DNA from: Octopus sinensis
Lineage: Eukaryota
Assembly: GCF_006345805.1 (NCBI RefSeq)
Contig: NC_043002.1
Coordinates: 19,902,001 to 19,966,000, forward strand
Length of the DNA: 64,000 bases
Direction of reading: 5' to 3'
Both the position numbers and the translations under genes were made by a program. The notes under the pieces were generated by a model. The model saw nothing but the letters and a program-made list of their open reading frames with translations, searched no databases and was not told the origin of the DNA. This document shows, piece after piece, positions 1 to 12,847 of the stretch (positions are counted from its first letter, which is position 1; each line of letters opens with the position of its first letter).

Positions 1-193
1 AGTATCTTGTCTTACATCTTGATGGCAAATTTGGAGTCCTTGGCACCACGCAGTGGCGACCAGTTCTGGCATTTGTGTAACTCTCGATGCCAAAGTTTGG
101 GACAAGTCCTTCTAGGATCTTCCAGATGTATATTATGGCATATCTTTCTCGCCTACGCTCTAAGGAATAGAGTCTTAATCTCTTGAGTCTTTG
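1..193 (-). mobile_element. CR1/L2-group LINE, ORF2 C-terminal fragment (runs off window start)
   Basis: Minus strand reads QRLKRLRLYSLERRRERYAIIYIWKILEGLVPNFGIESYTNARTGRHCVVPR, the typical post-RT L.SLERRR.R motif of CR1/L2 ORF2. Confidence 0.8.
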
Positions 194-914
194 GTTGCAT
201 AACGGAGTACCACGTGCCCACAAGTCATTGATATTCACATACCAGCCCCAGGAATGCGTTTAATCCGTGTTCGGAGAGAAGAGTGGATTAGACGGGCACT
301 GACTAAGGGGCAAATGCCCCCGAATTATGGTATATACACTCATCATCCATTTTTATCTCCGATCTTGTTATTTACATCTGATGTCTCGATACGAAATGTA
401 GTAAAAAGTCAGTGCTGGTTATAATTTCTGTAGAAATAACCTCAACAAAATAATTTTTCAAAATTTCAGATTAGTCATTTAGTGACACTGGATGTCTAGG
501 GGTATTGTCTTAAAGTAAAAGAGCTTCGAAAGTTACGTATTTGAATTGTAATAGACTTTAACTGCCGGACACGTGTCTGTATTCCATCCTATTTTTTTTT
601 TATTTCTCTATTTGCTGGTCAAATCACTGGAAATATTCGTTTATTGCAGTCTTTCAAAGCCTTTGGATTTTCAGTCGTAATACAATCAAAATTTTGTTAG
701 CTCAGTAACAAGAGGCAGGCCACAGCACATCAAGCGACATCAGCCCGATTGTCAGAGAAGGCTATTTCAACTGCAATCATTCGATCTATAAATCGAGTTG
801 CGCGTCACAATCAATGCTGTAGGTTTCAGGATCTGAGAGGATGAGATTCTTGGTCGCTGCTGGACTTAGGGTTAAAAAGAATCGTTTGTCCACCATGAAC
901 ATATAAAATTCTCG

Positions 915-1330
915 CAGATCTTTTCGGTTTGACCGGCAGTTTTTAAAAATAATTTTCACGTAACTAAACACTTTTAAACTTCGTATACTGGTAGAATGTG
1001 TTTATAAAACATCTTTTTCTCTTGGCTTTATTGAGAAAATTCTATGGTTTGTGAGATATTAGTTGTTGTTTTTTCTTCAATTTCTGCAATTTCAACCAAT
1101 CATTGACGTCTATTGAGGTGAAAACATTCTGTGCCGTATGAATATGTCCCTCGTTTGAGAAACAGATTGGGTTTATTTACATTTGTGAAGAAAAAAGATA
1201 TCCTTCACCCCACCCCTAACCCTAACCCTAAAACATTGAAATGCAATAGATCGATACTAGGGTCATAATTATGGGTGACAATTTCATATGATACCGCTAG
1301 AAAAACTGCCGTTCAAACCGAAAAGATCCG
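915..1330. mobile_element. MITE with ~28-bp TIRs and internal (CCCTAA)n
   Basis: gatcttttcggtttgaccggcagttttt (917-944) is the near reverse complement of aaaaactgccgttcaaaccgaaaagatc (1301-1328); ttctcgca occurs at both flanks; ccctaaccctaaccctaa near 1215-1231. Confidence 0.75.
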
Positions 1331-2117
1331 TTCTCGCATCTCGCCATATGTAGCTAGCTGATTCGTAGCCTAATACAACATATATTCCATGTCTTTCTAC
1401 TAGTAAACAGTGATACAGCCCCCAGTAAGCAACCGTTATAAATATTGTAAAGTTATGTGTAAATGAATGAACTCTTCGAAAATCTAAAATGGACTTGATT
1501 GTTTGTATGAGGGAAACAGAAGGTAGCTTAAAATCAGCTAACCAAAATTTAAATAACCCATCCAACCCAAGTTACAACTTAAAGGCCCCATTAGCATTGC
1601 TTTCTAGAAAAGATGCAATACAATATTTTGAAATTTTATATCCAGTTTACAATGCTTGGTGGTATTTTCTTCTTGTGAAAACTGATCACCATTAGATTAA
1701 TTTACAATTATCATTATCGTTTTTTTTTGTTTTTTTTTCAATTCTTCAGAAAATATCAGGTAATCTCAATCACTTATATGCCATGAAAACCGAGTTTAGT
1801 TCCATCCCAATGAAACCTAGGGCTTATGACAAACCAAAGCTTAAGTTTAAGAAATTTAGAAGTAGCATCTTCATCTATGCCAGCTGACTGTTATTTTAAC
1901 AGTTTTCAATCCTACTCTAGATTTTATCTCGAGCGGTTTATTTGCTGCTGGTGAATGAAAGTATCTATCAAGTAATCAACAACACTCGTGAACAACTAAT
2001 AGAAGATTTATTTAACTGCACATAGTGTTCTCTGTGTTGGTTCCTTAACAAAAACTAACAGCGACAGTTATACACCGGGAGTGACATACAACTGGGACCC
2101 AGGACAACTAGTAATGT

Positions 2118-2360
2118 AAAGATCCTTCCCGAGTCATATAGACTCATAGGGCCGGTTTCACGGTTTCCATGGCGTATATATTTCCTTCCTGGACAAGACG
2201 CCGGTCCGTCGCAGGATTACGTATTTTTGGCAGCTGAGTGGAGCATTGTGAAATGAAGTGCTTTGCTCAAGAGCACAACGCATCGCTCAGTTCAGGAATC
2301 GAAACCACAATCTTACGATCATGAGTCCAATATTCTGACCACTAAACCACTCGCCTCCAC
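2118..2360 (-). mobile_element. tRNA-derived SINE, family D
   Basis: tRNA-like head (gtggaggcgagtggtttagtggtcag...gtttcgattcc on minus) plus gtgctcttgagcaaagcacttcatttcac body; homologous copies at 15630, 17920, 18630, 50965. Confidence 0.8.
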
Positions 2361-2399
2361 TGCACAATTAACTGTTATAATAATCTGTGACTGGCCCAT

Positions 2400-2950
2400 T
2401 ACAACTGGAAAATAATCGCGCTATATTCATGGCGAGAATATCTGTTCCTTCTATCTGCCAACGGCTCTTGATGAATGAGAATGGAGAGCAGCGGCCTCAG
2501 CGTTCTGCCATCACCATCAGAAACCACCTTTATATAAGGTCTCAATGTGAAAGTTCAAGAAAGTCAAATCACGCGATGGGCTTATGTCGAACACCTGCTT
2601 TTGCATTCGAGAAGATTACAACTGTCGAGCGAATCTGTAATTAAGATCGTTCCGCTGACAGGGAAGAGCGAGCCTGTTTTCTCTCGGTAGTTGCTGTTGC
2701 GAAAGAAGTAGTATGGAAGACGAGAGAGAAAGGAATTGCAACAGGTATGTTAATCTCCAGTCTCGAGCTAATCGACTTTTTCGTTTTCCACATGAAACGG
2801 AAAATAAGGCTGAAGAAGAAATGCCTGTCGCAAAGTGTGTTTCGTAAAAGATGGAAGTCTATAGCAAGTATGCTGCGAGTGAAAGAACCTGTTTAAACGA
2901 GAGTATAAAAAGGAGAAAGCAAAGTCTTCAGTGTGAGTATGTGGTTTATG
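2400..2950 (+). promoter_or_regulatory. CpG-rich putative promoter / first-exon region of host gene 1
   Basis: Unique, CpG-retaining sequence with donor-like motifs acag|gtatgt (2744/2745) and cagt|gtgagt (2932/2933). No direct proof of a TSS. Confidence 0.35.
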
Positions 2951-4125
2951 GGGTCGATCGCGTCCTCCGCTTCATTTTTTGTAAATCACTCATTCTCATT
3001 TAATTGTATATATTTTAATCGTTTATTCATAAATTTCGTCTCATACGATACCCTGACCCCAATGTTTGTTTTGTTTGTCCTCGTATCGTCCCCTCTTTTT
3101 CTCAACCTCATGGTTAATGAAGAAATTGACTGATTGTTAATCGGCCAGTTACATGAAACGACAGTGATTTAATCGTGGTGTCTGCTCGGCTGTCTAACGA
3201 TTTGGTTTTGAATCCGTTACATTTTAAAGTTTACCAACAACCCTTTATCTATCATAATAAGTGTTATATACCAACTGAAATCTGTTTCTGATTTACCTCA
3301 AAGATAATTCATCTCAATTATTATGGAGTTTCTATTTCGTAAAATACTGTATGTAAAGCCTTACCTATATTAGAGTAGTGGCTTGTAACTCACCAAATCT
3401 TAGGGGTTTTCTTAATTTTGCTTGCTTTACTTCTCCCCCTCTCTCTCTCCCTACGTTTGACTTTGTTAATAATTTTTTAAAGCTTAACATTTAAATTAAT
3501 AATTTAACATTATTCTTTGTGCTTTTCGTCCCACCCTGCAACTGAACGATCATTCTTGTTTTTTTTGGGGGGAGGAGGCGGCATGATGATGGGATTTGCG
3601 GTGACGGCGACGACGAACACTCCACTACCACCATCATCACCACCACCCGCCCCGCATAGACAACTGAGTTTTTTTTTTATTAAGCAGATTAGTGCACAGA
3701 ATTTAAAGAAACCAATCGAAGAAAGGATTAGAACATAACTTTTACTGCAGTTCAGGAATGTTTTATCTATCAAATGTCCCAGCTTACATGCATCTACCTT
3801 TTTCCTTATTGCAGGACAGTCTTTCCATTGATTCGGAAATTTAAAACATAAAGGTATACCTCCATTTTAAAAACGACAGGAAAGTAAATTTTTGAAGTGA
3901 GATCGAACAGGTCGTGTGAGTCATTATTTGGAGGTTCACTCATTGGTTCAGTTGGCAATTAAAATTATATAACACTTCAGAGAACATATTAATTAATTAA
4001 CTCCCACCCCTACTTAATTCTATATAGAAAGGATTTTTGGTAACCTTCTTCCAAATATCTTAACACGCTGATTACTCAATGACTGATTAGATAAAAATTG
4101 TGATCCTTCTGTTATTATAGTAGTG

Positions 4126-4920
4126 AAGACGGGGAGCCGATAGAATCGTTAGCACGCCGGGCGAAATACGTAGCCGTATTTCGTCTGCCGCTACGTTCTG
4201 AGTTCAAATTCCGCCGAGGTCAACTTTGCCTTTCATCCTTTTGGGGTCGATAAATTAAGTACCAGTTACGCACTGGGGTCGATATAATCGACTTAATCTG
4301 TTTGTCCTCTCTGTGTTTAGCCCCTTGTGGGTAGTAAAGAAATAGGTATTTCGTTTGCCGTTACGTTCTAAGTTCAAATTCCGCCGAGGTCGACTTTTCA
4401 TCCTTACGGGGTCGATAAATTAAGTACCAGTTACGTACTGAGGTCGATGTAATCGACTGAATACCTTTGTCTGTCCTCTCTATGTTTAGCCCCTTGTGGG
4501 CAATAAAGAAATAAGAAACGTTAAGACGTCGGGCGAAATGCTTAGCAGCATTTCGTCTGTCTTTACGTTCCGAGTTCAAATTCCGTCGAGGTCGACTTTG
4601 CCTTTCATCCTTTCGGGGTCGATAAATTAAGTACCAGTTACGCACTGGGTCGATGTAATCGACTAATCCCTTTGTCTGTCCTTCTTTGTCCTCTCTATGT
4701 GGGCAATAAAGAAATAAGAAACGTTAAGACGCCGGGCGAAATGCTTAGCAGCATTTCGTCTGTCTTTACGTTCCGAGTTCAAATTCCGTCGAGGTCGACT
4801 TTGCCTTTCATCCTTTCAGGATCGATAAATTAAGTACCAGTTGTGTACTGGGGTCAATCTAATCGACCGGCCCTTTCCCAAAAAATTTTGGGCCTTGCAC
4901 CTAGAGTAGAAACGATTATT
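4126..4920 (+). mobile_element. Tandem multimer (4 overlapping units) of tRNA-derived SINE family A
   Basis: Four repeats of gttctgagttcaaattccgccgaggtcgactttgcctttcatcctttcggggtcgataaattaagtaccag, with aaagaaata junctions. Confidence 0.9.
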
Positions 4921-6008
4921 ATTATAGTAGTAGTAGTTGTTTTTTTTATTTTTAATTGAGCAGATATCAATGATCAAGGGCATTCTACTTGTATCCATCC
5001 AGTTTCTTCTGGACAGAGTATCCAGGACTATGGCATCCAAATGCACCTCCTTTTTTTTTTTAGAGAGAGAGAGGGGGGGGCATGACAGCATGGTACGATT
5101 TCAGAGAAATTTGACTGCTATTTCATGTAAGATCGAGCAATCATGCAGAAGCCCTCATTCGCTAGTTTATCGCTCAGTTTTTAAGTCCGCGCGGTATTGT
5201 TTACCACCAGCATACCACTACCGATTCAACTCAGATCGAAGAGATCAATAATCAAAAATATTCCATCCATGACATTTCCGTTTGCAGGACTACATTATTT
5301 AATGCAATGGTTCCCAAACGAGCCATCACGAAGAGCGTTCTACGTATACCGTGATTTAAAAAAATATAAGTTAAAACTTCAGAACATCCATATTGAATAC
5401 ATGTGTCTTTAAAAAACATGCTATTCATCATTCTTTTATATATACAAATACGATTAATAAAACAAGATAAATAGTTTGTTTATTTTTTTATTTATAACCT
5501 TTATCTTTATATCAATAATTTTCGTTCAACTTTCCATTTGCAAATCGTAATGTTTTTCCTTTTCTTTTTTATCTCCCGGTGCCTCGGAGTTTTTATTTAA
5601 TCTCCGTGGCGTCACGAAGTCAAAAACCAGTGAATTTAGGTTTTAGGGGTAGTTGAACATGGGATGGAACGGTGGTTGGGGATCGTGGAGTAGCAGAGGT
5701 TGGTTGGTTCGTGTTAGATATCACAGACGTTGGCAATCAAGACTGGAAGAGATATTGAGTAGAGCATCCCACTGCAGCAAAGGTTAGCCAAACGGAGATA
5801 TTCAGTACTTTTAAATGACTAAAACATCGATTAGGTCAGATGTACTATTGGTGATTTTTGAGTATTCGGTAGCGAGAGAGGCTGCACTTTTGGTATTTCA
5901 TTCCAATGTATCATGAAGTCGATTAAAATGATTGAGGAACACTGATTAATATCCTTGCTCTTTCCTCTTCCGAACCGGGTAAAATTTAGGAGAAATTTTA
6001 CTGCTATT

Positions 6009-6216
6009 CTTACTCTTACTCTTCTACTTGTTTCAGTCATTTGACTGCGGCCATGCTAGAGCACCGCCTTTCGTCGAGCAATCGACCCCAGTACTAAGCC
6101 TAGTACTTATTCTATCAGTCTCTTTTGCCGAACCGCTAAGTTACGGGGACATAAACACATCAGCATCGGTTGTCAAGCGATGTTGGGGGGACAAACACAG
6201 ACTCAAACACACACAC

Positions 6217-6253
<37 letters not shown>

Positions 6254-6460
6254 TACGTACATACATACATACATACATACATACATACATACATACGACG
6301 GGCTTCTTTCAGTTTCCGTCTACCAAATCCACTCACAAGGCTCTGGTGGGCCCGAGGCCATAGTAGAAGACACTTGCCCAAGGTACCACGCAGTGGGACT
6401 GAACCCGGAACCATGTGGTTGGTAAGCAACCTACTTACCACACAGCCACTCTTGCGCCTA
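6009..6460 (-). mobile_element. tRNA-derived SINE family B with internal (TA)/(CA)/(TACA) microsatellite
   Basis: Head ggcgcaagagtggctgtgtggtaag...gggttcagtccc, tail ...aaatgactgaaacaagtag on minus; many homologues in window. Confidence 0.9.
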
Positions 6461-7006
6461 TTTCTTGCAGGTCGAATGAACTCTACACGATCTTCTTGAA
6501 ATGGGTCCAAAACCCTTATGTGCTGTTGTTTAGTTCTATGTAGCCTTTGAACGAGCAGGCCTTTGACTAAAAAGTGAAAACCTCACTCTTTTCTTTTTTT
6601 CATCAGACTACAATATTTGCCATCACTAGCGTAGCTGCAAGGGGACAAAGTAGGGCTCGTCTTCCGTAGAATTTTAGGTGTAAAAGCGTTTTTTAAGGTG
6701 CATATTATTATTTTTCATGGAAATGGTGTAGTGGGATAGAGGAGGGGTGGGGCAAAGTCAAAAACAACTTCGGGTTGCACAAATTCCAACTCCATCATTT
6801 AACTTTTTTTTCACGTTGATAGGCTGTGGTTTGAGGGATCTTTGGCTGTTGTTTCTGGCAAACGAGTATATTCTCTCAGGTAATACATAATCTTCGAAAT
6901 AATTTTAGAAAATTAAGATTATTTTAGGTGCTCCAGCATGGCTACAGTTTTAGGGCTGAAACGTACAAAAGAATAAAAGAACATAAAGATTTTTAAAAGG
7001 GTTTTA

Positions 7007-7515
7007 CCGTAAATCTTCGAGTATAATCCGCCCTTGAGTATAATACGCAGGGGATTTTTAGGGGGCTGTACCTCTGAAAAACCTAAATCATGTGTATAAT
7101 ACGCACCCCTTCTCTAACTTGAGTCGTGCGTAATTAAACCAGCAGCACCTAGTCGAACAAATACTTCCGTGCATGCGTAATACAATAATGGTGATGTTCT
7201 TAACTATTATATGGGAATGTAAATATGTCTGCAAACTGTTTTTGTTACATGTTATTCTGTGTTCTGAATACTTTTATTTTAATATATGTTGCTTATTGCA
7301 AGTTATGGATGATTCTTTTATGACTTCATTGCTTTCAGGCTTAGCTTCAGGTATTTTCGCGCCCGACATCACAAAATGCGTCTGAATAACCATTGCCGGG
7401 CAGTAAATAGAGACTCGGATATTTTTCATTTTTAACCTCGTATATAGTACGCAGTAGGGAATTTGACCTTTAAATTTTGGGGGGAAAAATGCGGATTATA
7501 CTCGAGGATTTACGG
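7007..7515. mobile_element. Tc1/mariner-superfamily MITE (CCGTA termini, TA TSD)
   Basis: ta|ccgtaaatcttcgagtataatccgc ... gcggattatactcgaggatttacgg|ta. Confidence 0.85.
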
Positions 7516-9957
7516 TAGTTATTACATTGAGTAGATCGATCTACTGTATACAATTCCATTGTTATTTCGTGACCTTCCTATTTTAGAGAAAGAGGAAGGG
7601 AAGTTTATTCCTTTAAAGAAGCACACTTGTTGCATTGAACAGATCTTTATCTGGAGCGTGTTGCTTGGTGTTGTTATTTTTGTCTTTTATAATTCCATTC
7701 ATTTTAGGATATAAACGGAATTCTAGAAACATGTGTAAATCGATTCACGGTACTTGATTAGTACTTTATTTTATCGATCTTGGAACGAGGAAATATAAAA
7801 CTGACCTCACGGGATTGACGCAAAGAATAATCGCGAGGCATTTTACTCCGACACTAACGACTCTGCCTGTCCATCTTGGCTCGGGCTTTCTTTTGCGTGT
7901 GTGCGTGTGCACGCTAGCATTTTTATTTGTTGTTTCTGTCTTGTTTACTTTTATTTTTTTTCTTTTCCAACTGCTTTTGTTTTGTTGGTGATTTATCTTT
8001 GTTGTGGCATCTTTTTTATATCGTTCGTATTTTTATTGTTAACGATCATAACGACGACGATGATAATGTTAATTTCGTTCTTTCTGTCGTTATTTAAACC
8101 GTAAATTAACTTTGCTCGAGCAAACACATGATCAAAGGCGTTCCAACCGTGACATTTCTCTCTCTCTCTCTCTCACTTTCCTATGTACAGGGAATTCAGG
8201 TTCACATTTTCCAATGTCAGGTTTTATTTTAATGTAGTGAGGTTGTGATTTGAGGGAAATATCGTAGCTATTTCTCTAGCAGGTCAAGCAACCAAGTAGA
8301 ATCACCTTCGTTGCCTGGTGTTAATACAGTTGAATAATAATGATGGTGTTGGAATATGTGCAGAAGGTAAAAGGAAGCTGTGTGATGTTAATATTACATT
8401 GTTACTGTTATTTTTTATATCACGAAGTCAAGGGATATTATACCAAATTTTTGCTGTAGCAGTTTTTGTTGTTATTGTTTGAACTGTTCTTACTGTCGTT
8501 TACTTCCAAGTCAGTTTTAATTGAGGGTATCGTCGATGTAGTTAGTCTAAGCGCGATTGATAGATCAATTACACCAGATGAATTTTGGCTCAACAACGTT
8601 AGCCACTATGGTTTCTGCTCTGACATGCAGTGGTCAATTGTATGGTGCACCATGTAAAAATCTGAGGCAAATTATTTACCCCCACTATACTGTTCAATTT
8701 GTGTTTATTCAGCTGTTATTAGTATTATCAAGCTGCAGGTCAACCCAAATCGAGGACCAGTGCCAGAGTAGCCAGAATAGCACAAGCTAGTCACTTCGAT
8801 GTCAAGGACTTAGCGCTAAATTCATGCAAACTTTCAACTGCGATTCAGTGGTTCTGTTTACGCTGTCTTATAGTACAGTACAGCCTTCATATATAAATGA
8901 TTGAATCATAATTCCGAATATTTCCGAGATCCAATACATTTTAAATTAAACAAATTACAATAATCAAATAGTCGGATGCTAATTAATACACTTGCCATCC
9001 TATTCCTCTGCTTCGTTGCATTAAACTCGTCATGCAATAATTGAGATTAATTGTTATTTTTCTCATAAATGTGATCGGTTCGACGGATCAGATTATTACT
9101 AATGTATTACAGACACTCTAATGCTAGCCATCACTATTAAATCAAATCAGAAATTTTAAGCAGTTAAGAAATATTTCCTGGTGTACAATTTCGACTTCGA
9201 CCCAAAGTCATTAGGCAAAATGTAGCAGATATAACAAGTTATATCAATATATCAACAGAGCCGCATTTTTAATATTAGATCACAAAAACAAATTTACATT
9301 ATATTAGAGATGCATATAAAAGGGAGAATAGCTTGTGCATCATTGTTACTTAATTAGTGAATTCGTTTAATATCGTAGCATTTAAGCATTTCCACGTTTG
9401 GTTTAAAATGAAATCAGGATCAATAGAAAAACAGATTTAAATTCTCTACAAAGGAATTTCCTTGGCTTGAATTATCACAGTAAAAATTGTTAACGTCAGC
9501 ATAAAATGAGGAGAGTTGGTTGGTTAGGAGGGGTTGTGGGTTGTAGGTTTCTGGAATATTGGGGATGTTACTAGACATTCGTTAATAAAGGTCATTTTAA
9601 GTCAGACTGAAATTTCAGATCTTTGAGAAGTAGAAGCTTTGAATTTTCTAAAGAATGGAATCTATGATGAGGGCGGGGATGCTGATTGTGTCTCGATGTC
9701 ATTTCCAGGTTTAACCTTCTAAACGTTTCAGACATGTTGGCTAGCAAGTAAATATCAAACTTGAGGTAAAATATTGTATCTATGTCGATCCTCCCCACTA
9801 TCACCACCATACTAGGTGTTCTCTATACGTTGGTCCTTCAAATTTGTATGAATGAAGTACACATCAAGCAAACCATCAATGACTGGCTGGTATACCCTCA
9901 CCCTGTGGAAACTGGTCATTGAAAAATGTAGTTGCATACATAATAATAATAATAATG

Positions 9958-10168
9958 GTTTCGAATTTTGGCATAAGGCCAGGAATTTTTGGGGAGGGTG
10001 CTAGTCGATTATATCGACCCCAGGATTCAACCGATACTTAATTTATCAACTCCCGAAAAGAACAGAAGTCGACCTAGGCGGAATTTGAACCCAGAATGTG
10101 GAGACAGACGAAATACTGCGAAGCATTTTTCCCAGCATGCTAACAATTCTGCCAGCTCACCGCCTTAG
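9958..10168 (-). mobile_element. SINE family A
   Basis: Reverse complement of the family A head and core. Confidence 0.8.
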
Positions 10169-10350
10169 TAATGATGATGGTGATGATGATGAAGAAGTTC
10201 TATAAAATAGCTAAGTTTTGGTTCAAGCTAAGATGTCAACACTATGTTTTTATTGTACCTCTGACAGCATCACTGAATGCAAAGGGAACCTTTTCTATTT
10301 CCCACACACAAGGTTCTAGTTATTCATCAAGATTTAGTGGAGTGGAGTTT

Positions 10351-10620
10351 ATCATCATCATCATCATCATCGTTTAACGTCCGTTTTCCATGCTAGCATG
10401 GGTTGGACGGTTCGACGGGGTCTGGGAAACCAGGAGGCTGCACCAGGCTCCAGTCTGATGTGGCAGTGTTTCTACAGCTGGATGCCCTTCCTAACGCCAA
10501 CCACTTCGTGAGTGTAGTGGGTGCTTTTTATGTGCCACCAGCACAGGGGCCAGGGGGGACTGGCAACGCCCACGATCGATTGGTACTTTTTACATGCCAC
10601 CAGCACAGGGGCCAGAGGAG
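10351..10620 (-). mobile_element. 5'-truncated RTE LINE 3'UTR tail
   Basis: (CAT)n + cgtttaacgtccgttttccatgctagcatggg...ggatgcccttcctaacgccaacc matches the 3' end of the ORF-bearing RTE at 57582-58347. Confidence 0.85.
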
Positions 10621-10960
10621 GCTGATGAAATTTTTGATTCTCTTCATAATGCGAAGAATTGTTGGAATACAGCCTGAATTTGATATTTTTCTGGGGGCAG
10701 CATCAAATATAATATAAGCAACATCATGCCTATTTATAAACAACATCAGTCGTACCTATTTAAAACAAGATGTGAAGAATTCGTCAGACTGGATCTAGAG
10801 TGCTAGAGGACATAATCTATGAAGTGAAGAAATACAAGTATTTTCTTCCTTTGGATTCTACTCCATATATATCCAAATATATCTACTGACTTTGACTGTT
10901 TTGACCAGATGAGAGATTTGTGCAGTTTTATTTTTTATAAAGAAGGCCATAATGCTGAAT

Positions 10961-11262
10961 TGTTTGTTCCTTTTCGAGCCACGCCTGGCTCATAAGGGCC
11001 GGTTTCCTGGTTTCCTTGGCATATAGGTTCCCCACCTGGATGGGACGCTGGTCCGTCGCAGGTGAGCTGCAAGATGCAGGAGGAAAGAGTGAGAGAAAGT
11101 TGTGGTGAAAGAGTCAGCAGAAGTTCGCTATTACCTTCTGCTGGAGCCGCATGGAGCTTAGGTGTTTCGCTCATAAACACACACATCGCCCGGTCTGAAA
11201 TACGAACCCGCGATCCCTTGACCGTGAGTCTGCTGCTCTAACCACTAGGCCATGTGCCTCCA
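10961..11262 (-). mobile_element. tRNA-derived SINE family C, full length with 13-bp TSD
   Basis: TSD cataatgctgaat at 10948-10960 and 11263-11275; tRNA-like head gtggaggcacatggcctagtggttagagc. Confidence 0.9.
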
Positions 11263-11897
11263 CATAATGCTGAATAGTTTGCTTAAAACTTATTTGATCT
11301 TTTTAAAAGTAAATGGCATTGATATAAAATAAGCTGTGGTCCAATTCATGATGCCATCGATATAAATGGTAAATATATTGGCTTACAATCATGTATTAAA
11401 GAAATGAATGCATTTACAAATTATTGCCTGTTTGGGACATTCATTACATTTAGTAGTTAAATGTACCATTGAATTTGTCAGGAAATATTAATTTTCTTTG
11501 AATCTGCATAAAGCCTGGGTACATTTTTTCTATGATTCTACCCATCAATGGGATCTCTTTTCTATTGCCTCATCTCATGACGATGCTCGTTATTGATTGT
11601 GAAGAGAATATCAGTCATCAGGGAGTTGGCTTGTGCAGATGCAACAGGAACACTTTGACAGCTTCCCCACAATAAAAACAAGGTTTCAAATAATGTTTCA
11701 AATAACAATATCAACACAGGCTCATGCCTAATTTCAACTGCAATGAGGTTGGGAACCGGATTAATAATCATATTATGGAATCAAATATTACATCATTTTC
11801 AAATAATCAGTATCTCTGTAACTTTTTATTTCAACATTCTATTAATCTTTGCATGGATATATTCAAACCATGTGGTTCACTTTTTCAGACACTGACT

Positions 11898-12064
11898 AGA
11901 GTGGCTGTGTGGTAAATAGCTTGCTTACGAACCACATGGTTCCAGGTTCAGTCCCACTGCGTGGCACCTTGAGAAAGTGTCTTCTGCTATAGCCTCAGGC
12001 CTACCAAAGCCTTGTGAGTGGATTTGGAAGACAGAAACTGAAAGAAGCCCATCGTATATATATA

Positions 12065-12111
<47 letters not shown>

Positions 12112-12298
12112 ATATGTTTGTGTGTCTTAAATTTCACCCCCCCAACATCACTTGACAACCGATGCTGGTGTGTTTACGTCCCCATAACTTAGCGGGTACC
12201 AGGCTTACAAAGAATAAGCCCTGAGGTCGATTTGTTCGACTAAAGGTGGTGCTCCAGCATGGCCACAGTCAGATGACTGAAACAAGTAAAAGAGTAAA
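11898..12298 (+). mobile_element. SINE family B
   Basis: Head gagtggctgtgtggtaaatagc, internal (TA)/(TG) tract, tail gactgaaacaagtaaaagag. Confidence 0.9.
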
Positions 12299-12573
12299 TA
12301 GCAAGGATCTGACTGAATGTGAAGATTATCAACAGCAAATTCAAAGAGAAATTCATGAAATCATATAATTTCAGTGATTCCAGCACTCTTGATCTTCTTT
12401 TGAGTCACAAATGCCTTTTTAAATGATTAAAATTAGAATGTTTCTTGCTCTTAATAATAGCTTGCTTTTCACTATGTTAAAACAACCAGAAAATGTATGA
12501 AAAGGTGGATAGATTATTTACATTATTCCTTTATGAATTACAAATGCTCAAAGTTAGAAGAATTGTAAAGAGG

Positions 12574-12847
12574 TGTAACAGACGCTTAGTGAAATTCTTT
12601 CTCTCTCTCTGACATATATAACATAAATACGGATGTAGCAGATAACTGGGCCCTGTTGTGTCCACTACTCTGATTGGTTGGTATTGGTGCATAATACAGC
12701 AAGAGACAAATTGCACTAATACCAACCAATCAGAGTAGTGGACACAACAGGGCCCAAGCGGCCGAAGGTTAACTGTTATATGCTACGTCCGTATTTATGT
12801 TATATATGTCAGAGAGAGAGAAAGAATTTCACTAAGCGTCCACTACA
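12574..12847. mobile_element. Fold-back MITE, TGT...ACA termini, 4-bp TSD (Ginger-like)
   Basis: gagg|tgtaacagacgcttagtgaaattc ... gaatttcactaagcgtccactaca|gagg; the two halves are near-perfect inverted repeats around a ~20-nt loop; removing it restores the hAT reading frame (IVKR-LSHL). Confidence 0.85.
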
